This document shows, in pieces, positions 1-9,635 of a stretch of 64,000 nucleotides of DNA. Source of the stretch: an uncultured Anaerolineales bacterium. GTDB taxonomy: Bacteria > Chloroflexota > Anaerolineae > 4572-78 > NAK82. The DNA lies in contig CAYTNQ010000004.1 in assembly GCA_964439175.1 (NCBI GenBank), positions 8,759-72,758 on the forward strand. The letters are read 5' to 3'. Under the pieces are notes generated by a model. It was not told the origin of the DNA, did not search any database, and saw nothing but the letters and a program-made list of their open reading frames with translations. Both the position numbers and the translations under genes were made by a program. Every line of letters starts with the position of its first letter. Within the stretch, counting starts at the first letter, position 1.

Positions 1-353
1 TCTGGCGCCGGCCCAAGCGCCCCTACCGGGCGCCCATCCATCGCAGCTTCTTCCCCCTCACACAGGGAGAGGCGGGGAGACGACACGACTCGACACCCGA
101 TTACATGCGGGAGCTGCTGTCGCCAGAGCAAGTGAGAGCTACTGGCCTCTTCAAGCCGGCAGCCGTAAGCCACTTGGTGCAGAAGATCGAGCGCGGGATG
201 CGCCTGAGTGAGACCGACGATATGGCATTGGCCGGTATCCTATCCAGCCAGCTCGTCTATCTGCAATTCATATCCGATTTCAAGATGCCGCCCCCCCTTT
301 CGGCCGTCGATGACGTGAAAGTCTGCCTTGGGCATAGGGTAGCATCTCCTTAA
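1..353 (+). CDS. Asparagine synthase-family amidotransferase, C-terminal fragment (5' end outside window)
   Basis: Frame 3 is open from nt 3 (WRRPKRPYRAPIHRSFF...) into the listed 105..353 ORF. The R-x-K-x-x-[FY]-x-x-P segment and the LLSPEQV..GLF..LAGILSSQL tail resemble the C-terminal end of AsnB-type enzymes. Stop TAA 351-353 overlaps the next ATG by 1 nt. Confidence 0.5.
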   Translation, partial: WRRPKRPYRAPIHRSFFPLTQGEAGRRHDSTPDYMRELLSPEQVRATGLFKPAAVSHLVQKIERGMRLSETDDMALAGILSSQLVYLQFISDFKMPPPLSAVDDVKVCLGHRVASP

Positions 354-1357
354 TGAATAAGGATGGCAAAATGACCTTTGACAAACACATCCTCGACCTG
401 GATCCGGCCGCCGAAACCGAGCACATTGTCTCCCTGCTGCATCACACGGTGGGCCGGGTGATGCGTCGCCGGGGCGGGGTGGTTGGCATCAGTGGCGGAA
501 TAGACTCGTCGGTTGTGCTAGCCTTGTGCGTGCGTGCCTTTGGCCCCCAGCGGGTGGCTGCTATCATCATGCCGGAGAAGGACTCCGACCCCGACAGCGA
601 AAAGCTGGCGCACCGGGTAGCCCACCACTACGGCGTGAATCCTGTGCTGGAGAACATCACCCCCATCCTTGAAGGCTTTGGCTGCTACCAACGCCGCGAC
701 AAGGCGATTGGGCGTGTCTTCCCTGAGTACGATGCCGCCGCCGGCTACAAGGCCAAGATCGTGCTGCCACAAAACTTGCTGGACGAGGACACCCTCAACG
801 TCTTCTCCCTGACCATCATCACCCCCAACGGCGAAGAGAAGAACAAACGCCTGCCCCTGCGCGAGTATTTTCAGATCGTGGCCGCGTCCAACTTCAAGCA
901 GAGGACCCGTATGGCAATGCTCTACTATCAGGCCGAGCTCCGCAACTACGCCGTAGTCGGCACCGCCAACAAGAACGAACACGACCAGGGTTTCTTCGTC
1001 AAATACGGAGACGGCGGCGTGGACGTGAAACCTATCGTCCACCTCTTCAAAACCCAGGTATATCAACTGGCCGAATACCTCGACGTGCCTGACGAGATTC
1101 GGGAGCGCCCACCGACCACCGACACGTACAGCGCCCCCAGTACCCAGCAAGAGTTCTTCTTCCGTCTCCCCTTTGAGACGATGGACCTGCTGTGGTACGC
1201 CCAGGAGCACGACGTGCCGGTACCCGAGGTAGCTCAGGCGATGGGACTGACCGAGGTTCAGGTACAACGCGCCTTCGACGACTTCATCCGCAAGCAGCGC
1301 ACCACCGAATACTTACGCATGCCACCCTTGGATATTGCCGATGGCCCATGCGACTAG
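353..1357 (+). CDS. nadE: NH3-dependent NAD+ synthetase
   Basis: PP-loop ATP-pyrophosphatase signature GISGGIDSSVVLAL near the N-terminus. About 330 aa with no nitrilase-type glutaminase domain. Conserved blocks GTANKNEHDQGFFVKYGDGG and KTQVYQLAEYLDVP. An alternative ATG lies at 371. Confidence 0.85.
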   Translation: MNKDGKMTFDKHILDLDPAAETEHIVSLLHHTVGRVMRRRGGVVGISGGIDSSVVLALCVRAFGPQRVAAIIMPEKDSDPDSEKLAHRVAHHYGVNPVLENITPILEGFGCYQRRDKAIGRVFPEYDAAAGYKAKIVLPQNLLDEDTLNVFSLTIITPNGEEKNKRLPLREYFQIVAASNFKQRTRMAMLYYQAELRNYAVVGTANKNEHDQGFFVKYGDGGVDVKPIVHLFKTQVYQLAEYLDVPDEIRERPPTTDTYSAPSTQQEFFFRLPFETMDLLWYAQEHDVPVPEVAQAMGLTEVQVQRAFDDFIRKQRTTEYLRMPPLDIADGPCD

Positions 1358-1391
1358 CCGGACATGCAGTCGCTGTGGTACCACAGTGTGA

Positions 1392-1420
1392 TTGACCGGG
1401 AAAGCTAGTTGAAATAAGAT
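1392..1420 (+). promoter_or_regulatory. Sigma-70-like promoter for the DUF362 gene
   Basis: TTGACC (1392-1397), exactly 17 nt spacer, TAAGAT (1415-1420). It sits 48 nt upstream of ATG 1468, which has an AGGAGA Shine-Dalgarno. Confidence 0.45.
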
Positions 1421-1467
1421 ACTGTACCTTAAAAACATGATAAGACACAGACAGGAGAAAAAGCCTC

Positions 1468-2685
1468 ATGAAGAAAAAGGAGATTTCGCGACGGCATTTG
1501 CTTAAAGGTCTGATAGCCGCAGCCGGCGGACTGGGCCTGCACCAACTGGTAAAAGGCATTGACTTCGAGGCGATGGCACAAACGCTGGACAAATTCGTCT
1601 ACCTGCCTATTATTTTCAAAGGGGAAGGCGGACCTCCTTCCCCACCCACCGCCAATGGCAGAGTGATCCACGTGCACAATCCAGACGCCACGGATTGGAA
1701 CTTCTCCAGTAGCTGGTATGGTAATTATGTCAATCAAACGGTAGTAACCGCGATGGTCGAGCGCGGCCTGATGGAGCTGACGGGGACCAATTCCATTCAG
1801 GCTGCATGGGCCCAACTGCTCCCCAACTACCAGTCAGGTCAAGCCATCGCCATCAAAGCTAACTTCAACAATGCTCGCTGTGATGATAGTGACAACCAGA
1901 TTGACGGGCTGATCGAACCGGTCAACGCGTTGATCTCCACCTTAAAGACCTTCGGTGTGGTGGAGAGCAACATCTGGATCTATGATGCGCTCAGGCCACT
2001 CCCTGACCGTTTCGTGAACCGCTGTCTTTACAGCGGCGTGCGATTCTTTGACAGCGCGAGCAAGGGCTGTCGAGAGGATGCGGCTTTCAACAGCAATGAT
2101 CCCAACGCTGAAGTCACCTTTCAGCATGCCAACCTGTCCAATCGCCGATTGACAGATGTGGTGATCAACGCCGATTACCTGATCAACATGCCGATCATCA
2201 AAGACCACGGCATCCACCCTGTCACACTGGGTTTCAAGAATCACTTCGGTTCAATTCACACAGTAACCGGGCCCGGAGACGATGACTTGCATCTTTACAT
2301 CAACCCTACGGAGAGCGTGTACAACCCAAACTACAGCCCGTTGGTGGATATTTACCTGAACCCTCACATCGGCAACAAAACTGTGCTGACGGTAGGCGAC
2401 GGACTATACGGGGCACTAGGTGACACTCGTGCCGTGCCCCAGCGCTGGAGTACGTTCGGCAACCAGGCACCCAACAGCCTCTTCTTCAGCCAGGATCCGG
2501 TAGCCCTTGATTGCGTGATGCTGGACATCTTATACGCCGAGCCAGTGTATCATGACCCCAATCAGGACCGGGCTGACGATTACCTGAAGGCAGCAGCCAA
2601 CGCCGGCCTGGGAACCCACGACCGGAACTATCCATGGACCGATGGTGGCTATTCCAACATTGATTATGTACGGGTAGAGCTGTAA
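1468..2685 (+). CDS. Tat-exported DUF362 domain protein
   Basis: Twin-arginine signal SRRHLLKGLIAAAGG, then a YLPIIFK motif (1600-1620) and a Pro-rich spacer. DUF362-like core blocks follow (AIAIKANFNNA, INMPIIKDHG..TLGFKNHFGS). It is a paralogue of 27769..29127. Confidence 0.7.
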   Translation: MKKKEISRRHLLKGLIAAAGGLGLHQLVKGIDFEAMAQTLDKFVYLPIIFKGEGGPPSPPTANGRVIHVHNPDATDWNFSSSWYGNYVNQTVVTAMVERGLMELTGTNSIQAAWAQLLPNYQSGQAIAIKANFNNARCDDSDNQIDGLIEPVNALISTLKTFGVVESNIWIYDALRPLPDRFVNRCLYSGVRFFDSASKGCREDAAFNSNDPNAEVTFQHANLSNRRLTDVVINADYLINMPIIKDHGIHPVTLGFKNHFGSIHTVTGPGDDDLHLYINPTESVYNPNYSPLVDIYLNPHIGNKTVLTVGDGLYGALGDTRAVPQRWSTFGNQAPNSLFFSQDPVALDCVMLDILYAEPVYHDPNQDRADDYLKAAANAGLGTHDRNYPWTDGGYSNIDYVRVEL

Positions 2686-2725
2686 TAACGCACAGCCGAT
2701 AACATAGCACCCACGTGTGGGTATG

Positions 2726-2766
2726 AAAAGACCCCCTTGTATAATAATGTCAGGGGGTCTTTTTGT
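2726..2766. terminator. Bidirectional rho-independent terminator between convergent genes
   Basis: Stem GACCCCCT (2730-2737) pairs with AGGGGGTC (2752-2759). It is flanked by an A-run upstream and TTTTT (2760-2764) downstream. Confidence 0.7.
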
Positions 2767-2815
2767 TGCAAGTCGCAGGTCTGCACAGTGGCAGATTTAG
2801 GCCAAACTGCCCCCG

Positions 2816-5800
2816 CTACTTCACGATGATAGGCAGGAAGACCCGCCGGATGCTTGGGCTGATAATTACCTGAGCCTGATCCGTACCAATCCCGCCATCA
2901 TCGTCTTCAACTTTAAGGGTAACAGTGAATGTCCCCTCGGACGTGAAGTTGGCAGTGGCGGTTACGCCTTGAGTCTCAAAGCTGCCATCGTCGTTCATGT
3001 CCCAACTGTAAGTCATTACGTCGCCACTCGACAGGCTCCCATCAAGAGTGATAGTCTCGCTGACCTGCCCCGTATAGGGGCCACCTGCCTCAGCGACAGG
3101 GAGCATATTCTGGATGGTAACAGTTGCTGTGTCTACGTCTGCCAGGCTGTTGTCGTCTTCGACGGTGAAGGTGACCACATACGTGCCGACGGCAGCATAG
3201 GCGTGAGCAGGCATCAGCCCACTGCCAATACCTCCATCGCCAAACTGCCAGGTATAGATCATGGGATCATTGTTGGCATCCCAGGACGTTGATCCATCGA
3301 AAGTGATGGGCATGGTTTCGTATCCACTATAGGTGCCCGAAATCACTGCCACAGGTGCTATGTTATTCACCGTGACTGAGGCAGTGCTCGTTAACGTGTC
3401 CATCGCCGCCAGCACGGTACCGGGGTAAATGCCATCCCTAATGCCTGCAGTGAACAGGCCATCGGTTGTGATGCTGCCACTGTCCGGATTGAGCACACTC
3501 CAGTTGACATCCATTTCATAGCAAGGCATATCGTAATCGTCATAACCGATGGCCTCGAATGGTTGCGTCTGGCTCGGGTCCAACGCAACCGCCTTCGGAC
3601 TTACCTCGATGCGCACAATCGTGCCGTCGACAAAGCTTACGCTGGTATACCCACTCACACTACCCGAGGTAGCGGTAATCACGGCCGTCCCAGCCTGGGT
3701 GGGCGCGGTGAGTACCGCGCTCGCCTGACCATTGGTCGTCGTCGTCACGTAAGGATTCGAGGATAAGCTGCCGGCACTCGTGGTGAACGTCACCGGCGTG
3801 CCGTCGCTAACCTGGTTGTTGTGTGCATCAATGACTGTGGCCGTCAGGATTGACGTTGATTGGCCATTGGCCGGGATGCAGGACGGATCGGCTTCCACTG
3901 TCACAGTGTAAGGGGGACCAGATGTAACAGTGATGAGGCCCGTGGTATCACCGGTCACGATAGAGGTGATTTGAATCTGGGCCGTGCCCACGCCATGTCC
4001 AGTGAAGGTCGCGCTACGATGGTCGCCAGCCGGCGTTAGATCGGCAGCGGTGACGCCGCCAGTGAGATTGATCAACGCCCAGGTAACAGGCACGTTGGCA
4101 ACGAAATTGCCACCACTGTCGTAAGCATCGGCATAAACCACCATGGATTGACCGGCAGTCAGCATAGCCGTGGTGATCTCGCTGCCGCTGCCATCGGGCG
4201 CGCTCTCAATACGTGTCTCAGTGGCCGACGTCGTAACCTGCACCAACCCTGAACTGATCGCCTCCGTATCCTGCACCATCACCGACGTGTCGGTTGTCCT
4301 GTCTTCGACCACCGAATCGGCGTCCGCGTCGAAAATAATCTGGAAGTCATCAGGAGTATGGAAGGCGGCATCCTGGGTCAACGTAATTACCACAAAGTAA
4401 TACTTCTGCTGGGAGGGAGTCAGTTCCACGAGCGAGTCGCCGTCAGCAAACGAGATAGTTTGCACCCCATTAGTAAGAGCCAGATCTGGGACAGTGAGCA
4501 CCAGCGTGTCCGACGCCCCCCAATTTCCGTCGGTACTATAATAGAGAGCCAGATTCTCAATGAGCGCGTTGGCCTGCTCCGATGTCAACGGGTTTCCGCC
4601 AGAGTCGGCCAGGTGCAGGCGCCACTCGGCCATCTCAATCGCATCATCTCCAACATGGCCCCGATGGCGAGCTTCGATGCGCATCATGTCGTCGGCCGCG
4701 CCATCTGCCAGCGTGGCTGGCGCCCGGGGCGTTGCCGTCTCGGCAACGCTGCCACCCCGGTTTTGCCAGGCCATTACTTCAGGCCCATTACGAACGCCGC
4801 CACCACCTACAGCATCCAAGTCCCCATCCCGATCTAGATCTGCCAGTCTCACAGCATTAAGGTCTGCATCAATTTCGGCGAGATTGCGTCGGACCCAGGT
4901 CGTGTCCGTGATAAACGCGCCAAAGGGCACCCCGCTGTTTTCCCAAACCTTCAACTCATTCGTTTCCCACATACGGCTGCCAGATAAAATATCAAGATAC
5001 CCATCTTGGTTTACATCGCCAATGTCAATAGATACAACTGAATCCCCTAGCCAGGGGGCCGAAGGCGGCGGATTGTAGGCGACAGCCGTAAACGACCATA
5101 GCTCACCGCTAAAGGGTGTTCCATCATTCTTCCATGCCTTGACCTGATAGTCCGCTTCAATGTCATCGCCGGTGACGATGTCCAGGTCACCGTCGTTATT
5201 CAAATCCGCCAGCTTCAGCGTGTAAATAGCGGTGCCCCAATACCCATGATAGCGACCGGATCCAAACGTCGCCGTCTCTGGATCTCGTCCCACATTGGTT
5301 TCAGGCCACAGCCCACTGAATGGTGTCGCATCTCCCTGAAATGCTCGCAGTTCGTAAACGTCGGCATATAATGAAGTATCGGTCGATGGCTGCGTCCCAC
5401 TAAGCACCGGAGTAGCCGGTCCCAGACCGGCTACCACGTCCAAATTCCCATCATTGTCCAGGTCACCCACCGCCAGGCTGTAGACCGTGACAGTGACCAC
5501 GGCAATATCGTTGTGGTCCCAGACCCCATCGAACGGCGTCGCATCATTACGCCAGGCCACCACTTTGCGCGAAGGCGCTTCGTAAGGCCAGCTATAACCG
5601 CTGCCGGATACCAGATCCAGGTAGCCGTCGAAATCCAGGTCAGCTAAATCGAGCGCCATCACTGAGTCACTCAAGTAGCTACCGATACTGCTCCCGTTCC
5701 ACGGCCCATCGAAGGGCGAGCCGTCGTTTTCCCAGACCTGAATGCGTGGACTGCCGTACTGCCCTGAAACCAGGTCCACATCACCGTCGTTATCCAGGTC

Positions 5801-7312
5801 ACCGGCAGCCAGCGCGTAAACGTCACTGCCGGTATTGCTGACCAGGGTATGACTCTGTGAGGTCTCCTGGAAGGGCGTGCCGTCGTTCTCCCAGGCAACG
5901 ATTGCGCTGTCCCTGCCGGCCGACACCACATCCAGGTCACCATCGCCGTCCAGATCCACTGTGAGCACAGCCTGCATCTGCTCAGTTCGCTCATCCAGGG
6001 CGGTCTCAACCCCAGCGAACGGGGTCACCTGCCGGCCGACAAAGGTGTTTTGGACGATTTGCAGTTCGTCGGCACCACTGGCATTGTCCTGTCCGTACAT
6101 TATGTCAATATCATAGTCGCTGTCAAAATCGGCTGCCGCCAAGACGTTGACGCTGGCATCGCTGTTGTCCAAGATGGTGACGCTCCAGGCACCGTCAAAG
6201 GGCCCATTGTCACCCGGCCCCTGCCAGGGATTTTGCCAGGATTGCATACTGTGGCTTGTGGCTTCGGCGCCGCTCACCAGGTCCAGATCGCCGTCGTCGT
6301 CCAGGTCAGCCGCGATGAGTGCATTGACCGCGCCTGCCGCGTCGCCGATGTCGTTACCGCTCCCCCACGTCCCGCTAAATGCCGCCGCACCTGGGTTTTG
6401 CCAGACGATGACATTCCCCGCGCTGTCGCCGCTGGCAATGTCGGTATCCCCATCTCGATCCCAGTCGCCCAGAGCCAGGGACAGACCATCGCCAGCCAGG
6501 CTGCCGGTCCCAAGAGCTACAGATGTCCAGCCACCAGTAAAGGGGGTGCCGTTGTTGCGCCAGACTTGCACCCGATCCGTCGCGCCGCCACTCACTGTCA
6601 CCAGGTCCAGAGCACCATCCCCATCCAGATCCGCCAGGGCCAGGTCACTGATAGCGTCACCACTTCCCGACACATTGAGCCCGCTCCAGGGAGTGGTGAA
6701 GGAAGCCCCTTGCGTGAGAGGATTACGCCAGAAATGGAGAGCGCCGCTGGCATCGGCTACGACCAAATCGAGCCAGCCATCGTTGTCCAGATCACCTGCA
6801 GCTATGGCCAGCAGATCATCGCCGAGACCAGAAACCAGCGTGTTGCTCGTACTCCACGCGCCACCAAAAGGAGAAGTCCCAGGATTACGCCACAGCGTCA
6901 CCTGATTGCTACCGCTTCCACCACCGGTGACGGCTGCCAGGTCCAAATGACCATCACGGTCGAAATCGGCCAGGACCAAGTCGCGGATAGTCTGCCCCGC
7001 ACTTGCAACCGTGACAGCAGAAGCCCAGCCATTAAATGGTGTCCCATCATTGGACCGGATCACCAGGCTTGAGCCATCAGCGTAAGCCACGTCTCGTGTG
7101 CCATTGTTGTCAATATCCCCTGCGGCCAGCGCCAGCACGTTACTGGAGGCTTCCCCGGCCCCGAGAGCCGAGCCAAAGTCGTGGGTGTCACCTTCGATCG
7201 GTGGAGTCGCCAGGACAGGCGTTGGATCGCTCAGCAGCAAGGCCATTGCCAACCCCAGGGCCACCGCAGGCAAGAAGAAAGCTAGAAAGAGAGAGAGGAT
7301 GCGTCGGCTCAT
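2816..7312 (-). CDS. Giant secreted FG-GAP/VCBS repeat protein with Ig-like and PKD domains
   Basis: Signal peptide MSRRILSLFLAFFLPAVALGLAMA after an AAAGGAA SD. There are 14 Ca-loop repeats D-x-[DN]-x-D-G-x-x-D (GDIDNNGTRD ... ADLDRDGDLD), enough for two 7-bladed propellers. C-terminal Ig-like modules and two PKD-like modules follow (YTWQFGDGG, YSWDMNDDGSF). The protein ends FLPIIVK-stop. The ORF-track start at 7405 lies upstream of the predicted -10 box, so ATG 7312 is preferred. Confidence 0.8.
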   Translation of the reverse strand: MSRRILSLFLAFFLPAVALGLAMALLLSDPTPVLATPPIEGDTHDFGSALGAGEASSNVLALAAGDIDNNGTRDVAYADGSSLVIRSNDGTPFNGWASAVTVASAGQTIRDLVLADFDRDGHLDLAAVTGGGSGSNQVTLWRNPGTSPFGGAWSTSNTLVSGLGDDLLAIAAGDLDNDGWLDLVVADASGALHFWRNPLTQGASFTTPWSGLNVSGSGDAISDLALADLDGDGALDLVTVSGGATDRVQVWRNNGTPFTGGWTSVALGTGSLAGDGLSLALGDWDRDGDTDIASGDSAGNVIVWQNPGAAAFSGTWGSGNDIGDAAGAVNALIAADLDDDGDLDLVSGAEATSHSMQSWQNPWQGPGDNGPFDGAWSVTILDNSDASVNVLAAADFDSDYDIDIMYGQDNASGADELQIVQNTFVGRQVTPFAGVETALDERTEQMQAVLTVDLDGDGDLDVVSAGRDSAIVAWENDGTPFQETSQSHTLVSNTGSDVYALAAGDLDNDGDVDLVSGQYGSPRIQVWENDGSPFDGPWNGSSIGSYLSDSVMALDLADLDFDGYLDLVSGSGYSWPYEAPSRKVVAWRNDATPFDGVWDHNDIAVVTVTVYSLAVGDLDNDGNLDVVAGLGPATPVLSGTQPSTDTSLYADVYELRAFQGDATPFSGLWPETNVGRDPETATFGSGRYHGYWGTAIYTLKLADLNNDGDLDIVTGDDIEADYQVKAWKNDGTPFSGELWSFTAVAYNPPPSAPWLGDSVVSIDIGDVNQDGYLDILSGSRMWETNELKVWENSGVPFGAFITDTTWVRRNLAEIDADLNAVRLADLDRDGDLDAVGGGGVRNGPEVMAWQNRGGSVAETATPRAPATLADGAADDMMRIEARHRGHVGDDAIEMAEWRLHLADSGGNPLTSEQANALIENLALYYSTDGNWGASDTLVLTVPDLALTNGVQTISFADGDSLVELTPSQQKYYFVVITLTQDAAFHTPDDFQIIFDADADSVVEDRTTDTSVMVQDTEAISSGLVQVTTSATETRIESAPDGSGSEITTAMLTAGQSMVVYADAYDSGGNFVANVPVTWALINLTGGVTAADLTPAGDHRSATFTGHGVGTAQIQITSIVTGDTTGLITVTSGPPYTVTVEADPSCIPANGQSTSILTATVIDAHNNQVSDGTPVTFTTSAGSLSSNPYVTTTTNGQASAVLTAPTQAGTAVITATSGSVSGYTSVSFVDGTIVRIEVSPKAVALDPSQTQPFEAIGYDDYDMPCYEMDVNWSVLNPDSGSITTDGLFTAGIRDGIYPGTVLAAMDTLTSTASVTVNNIAPVAVISGTYSGYETMPITFDGSTSWDANNDPMIYTWQFGDGGIGSGLMPAHAYAAVGTYVVTFTVEDDNSLADVDTATVTIQNMLPVAEAGGPYTGQVSETITLDGSLSSGDVMTYSWDMNDDGSFETQGVTATANFTSEGTFTVTLKVEDDDGGIGTDQAQVIISPSIRRVFLPIIVK

Positions 7313-7377
7313 TTTAAGGTTCCTTTCGCATGGTCCAGGCAAAGAAAATCCTTTCCCCATTTGGCAGGCTGCTGAAA

Positions 7378-7432
7378 ATTGTAGCACTCTATCCTTAGAG
7401 AGCACTCAGAAGTTAATTAGAAATCAATTAGA
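7378..7432 (-). promoter_or_regulatory. Diverged copy of the shared promoter/operator cassette (upstream of the FG-GAP gene)
   Basis: The minus strand reads TCTAAT-TGATT-TCTAAT, then 32 nt, then TGC-TACAAT. The 11-bp repeat phasing and the 32-nt distance to an extended -10 box match the four stronger copies. Confidence 0.4.
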
Positions 7433-7861
7433 GAGTTGAGAGTTATTAAGATTTTTATGAACAAACAACGCTCAGCCTACTGCTGTTCTACTGATACCCA
7501 ACCACTACCCTATGTGGGACCATATCGCTATTCTTTTTGTCCCGAATTCCTGGTAATATAGGGATTATCCAGACTCAATGAGACTTGCAAAACCCTTGGG
7601 CACAATGCCGCAATCCGGCGCCAAGAGTATGTAGAACGACCAACCTGACGGCATGGGAACGATGCGTGACATCGGCCACGCATAGGCCGTCGAGACGGCC
7701 ACCTGGCGCTTCGCCCTGGCAATTACCCCGCTGGGGGAAAACCATTTGCAAGTCCTGGCCAAGATGCTCTGGCAGCATCAAAACCTGCGTGGCGAGCCGC
7801 CGGCCCAAAAAGCCGGGTACAGCCCCTTAACAGCTAGAGATCAGAAAGGGAAGGAGACGCT

Positions 7862-9598
7862 ATGACAACAGGGAAAAGACTGGGCATTGTGCTTTTGCTT
7901 GCTTCACTTCTGCCTTGGTTGGACACCGTTCCCTCGTTCCCGCCCTCCTTTGTGACACCCGCATTGGCCCAAGAACCGCCACTACGTCGGGTTAATGCCC
8001 CCTACTTTAGTGGTAAGGTTTATCTGGGATCCTCGGCCATCTTCTGGTTCGGCGAAATACAAGACCTCGACAACTATATAGACGTGCGTGTGGGCTACAA
8101 CGACGATTATATCCATCTCTACCTATCTGTCGCTGACCATTACCTCTGGTACGACACATCTCCCGGTCCCGACCTGACTGATTGGGACGCCGCCACCATC
8201 TACCTTGACGTTGGCGGGCAAGGGGGCACAGCGCCTAACGCTAACGATTACCGCTTTGTCAGCCAACTCAATGACTGGGAGGATCGAGCCGCTTACCAGG
8301 CCGCCTGGCAGGGCAACGGCGGTGGCTGGTCACCAGCGAGCATCAGCTTTACCACCCTCTCAAACTGGCGTAGTGACCCACCGACTGTGAACGACAACAC
8401 CTATCAGGATAGAGGTTGGGTAACGAGCATTTACATCCCGTTCAGCAGTCTGGGACTGTCGGGGCCGCCACCCGACGGCACCACATGGGGACTGGCAGTA
8501 GTACTGCACGACCGGGACAGCGCGGCCGGCTCACCAGCCATTCCCGACAAAAGCTGGCCAGAGATAACAAACGGGACCATCCCTGCTACTTGGGGCCAGC
8601 TTACTTTCAACCCTCCATCTTACGTTCCCCCTTCGGCTGTTGTCGAAGGAGCGTGGATCTCGTCCGATAGCGATGTGGAGGACGCCTTCGTTGGCGGTGG
8701 TGCCACTTGCCAGGGTACCTTCAACACTAACTTTGGTGATTGGCCCGATCTTTACATTCAAAACCAGGAGGACATCGCCGACCATCCCTGTTTCAACAAG
8801 GCATATCTGCGTTTCGACCTGAGTGATCTCCCCCCCGGCCGCACCATTGTGTCGGCCACCCTCACCCTGACCCAATTCGGTAATTCACAGCCATCTGACG
8901 CCCAGCCATCTCTCATCTGGCTCCACACGCTGGACGACGACTGGCGAGAGGACACCATTACCTGGAACAACGCCCCCCTAGCTCGCGAAAACCTCACCCG
9001 TACCAGGGTGGACGTGATTGGCCCACCCTGGCCTCTGACACCTTACCAATGGGACGCCACACAAGCTGTGGCCGAAGCCTACGCAGTTGGCGAAAGTTCA
9101 GTAGACCTGGCTCTGTACGAAGCGGACTATTATTATCACAGCGGCAAATATTTCGTCGCCTCCGAGTCCACCATGGCTTCAGCACGCCCCAGGCTCACTG
9201 TGGTGTACGGGTCTTCTGCAGCTTCTTTGTCCAAGCGCGTGTCACCTGTCGTCGCCCATCAGGACGAGATTCTCACCTACACCCTCACCCTCATCGGCAA
9301 CGATAAGCCGCTGACCGTCACCGACGAGTTGCCGGCCGGCCTGGGCGAACCAGGCGCGCCCGCTGCCTCATCCGGCGTCGTCACTTACGTTCCCGGCACG
9401 AGACGTATCGAATGGAATGACACACCGGCTATTGGCCAGGCGGTGAATATCGTGTTCACCGCCCCTGTCGCCATTCCCGGCCCTATTGCTATTCACAACA
9501 CCGCCATCCTCACCACCGACAGCGGAATCATCCACACAGCCAGCGCTACTACCATCGTTGACCCTATCAGCGCATATTTACCGATCGTCTTCAAATAG
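7862..9598 (+). CDS. Secreted CBM9-like / DNRLRE-like / DUF11 domain protein
   Basis: GGAAGGAG SD and a signal peptide (LGIVLLLASLLPWL). The N-terminal sugar-binding-like domain contains YIDVRVGYNDDYIHLYL. The block CFNKAYLRFDLSDLPPGRTIVSATLTL is DNRLRE-like. A C-terminal DUF11-type repeat follows (SKRVSPVVAHQDEILTYTLTL). The protein ends YLPIVFK-stop. Confidence 0.7.
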   Translation: MTTGKRLGIVLLLASLLPWLDTVPSFPPSFVTPALAQEPPLRRVNAPYFSGKVYLGSSAIFWFGEIQDLDNYIDVRVGYNDDYIHLYLSVADHYLWYDTSPGPDLTDWDAATIYLDVGGQGGTAPNANDYRFVSQLNDWEDRAAYQAAWQGNGGGWSPASISFTTLSNWRSDPPTVNDNTYQDRGWVTSIYIPFSSLGLSGPPPDGTTWGLAVVLHDRDSAAGSPAIPDKSWPEITNGTIPATWGQLTFNPPSYVPPSAVVEGAWISSDSDVEDAFVGGGATCQGTFNTNFGDWPDLYIQNQEDIADHPCFNKAYLRFDLSDLPPGRTIVSATLTLTQFGNSQPSDAQPSLIWLHTLDDDWREDTITWNNAPLARENLTRTRVDVIGPPWPLTPYQWDATQAVAEAYAVGESSVDLALYEADYYYHSGKYFVASESTMASARPRLTVVYGSSAASLSKRVSPVVAHQDEILTYTLTLIGNDKPLTVTDELPAGLGEPGAPAASSGVVTYVPGTRRIEWNDTPAIGQAVNIVFTAPVAIPGPIAIHNTAILTTDSGIIHTASATTIVDPISAYLPIVFK

Positions 9599-9635
9599 AC
9601 TCCCCTACGTAGTCCTGATTGGAGGAAAAGGTGTT

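Noticed and set aside
518-1267. 249-aa minus-strand ORF overlapping nadE
   Set aside because: It is antisense to a confidently identified NadE (SGGxDS PP-loop) and has no motif of its own. This is a typical high-GC shadow ORF.
6050-7072. Long plus-strand ORFs (340 aa, 252 aa and others) inside the FG-GAP gene region
   Set aside because: They are antisense shadows of the 1.5-kaa minus-strand gene. Their translations are Arg/Pro/Ser-rich low-complexity sequence with no motifs. The minus-strand frame has 14 regular Ca-loop repeats and recognisable domains.
9486-9635. N-terminal extension of the PQQ-propeller ORF (listed start 9486)
   Set aside because: The extension overlaps the last 113 nt of the previous gene in another frame. 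ATG 9636 has a strong GGAGG SD and is followed at once by a signal peptide.
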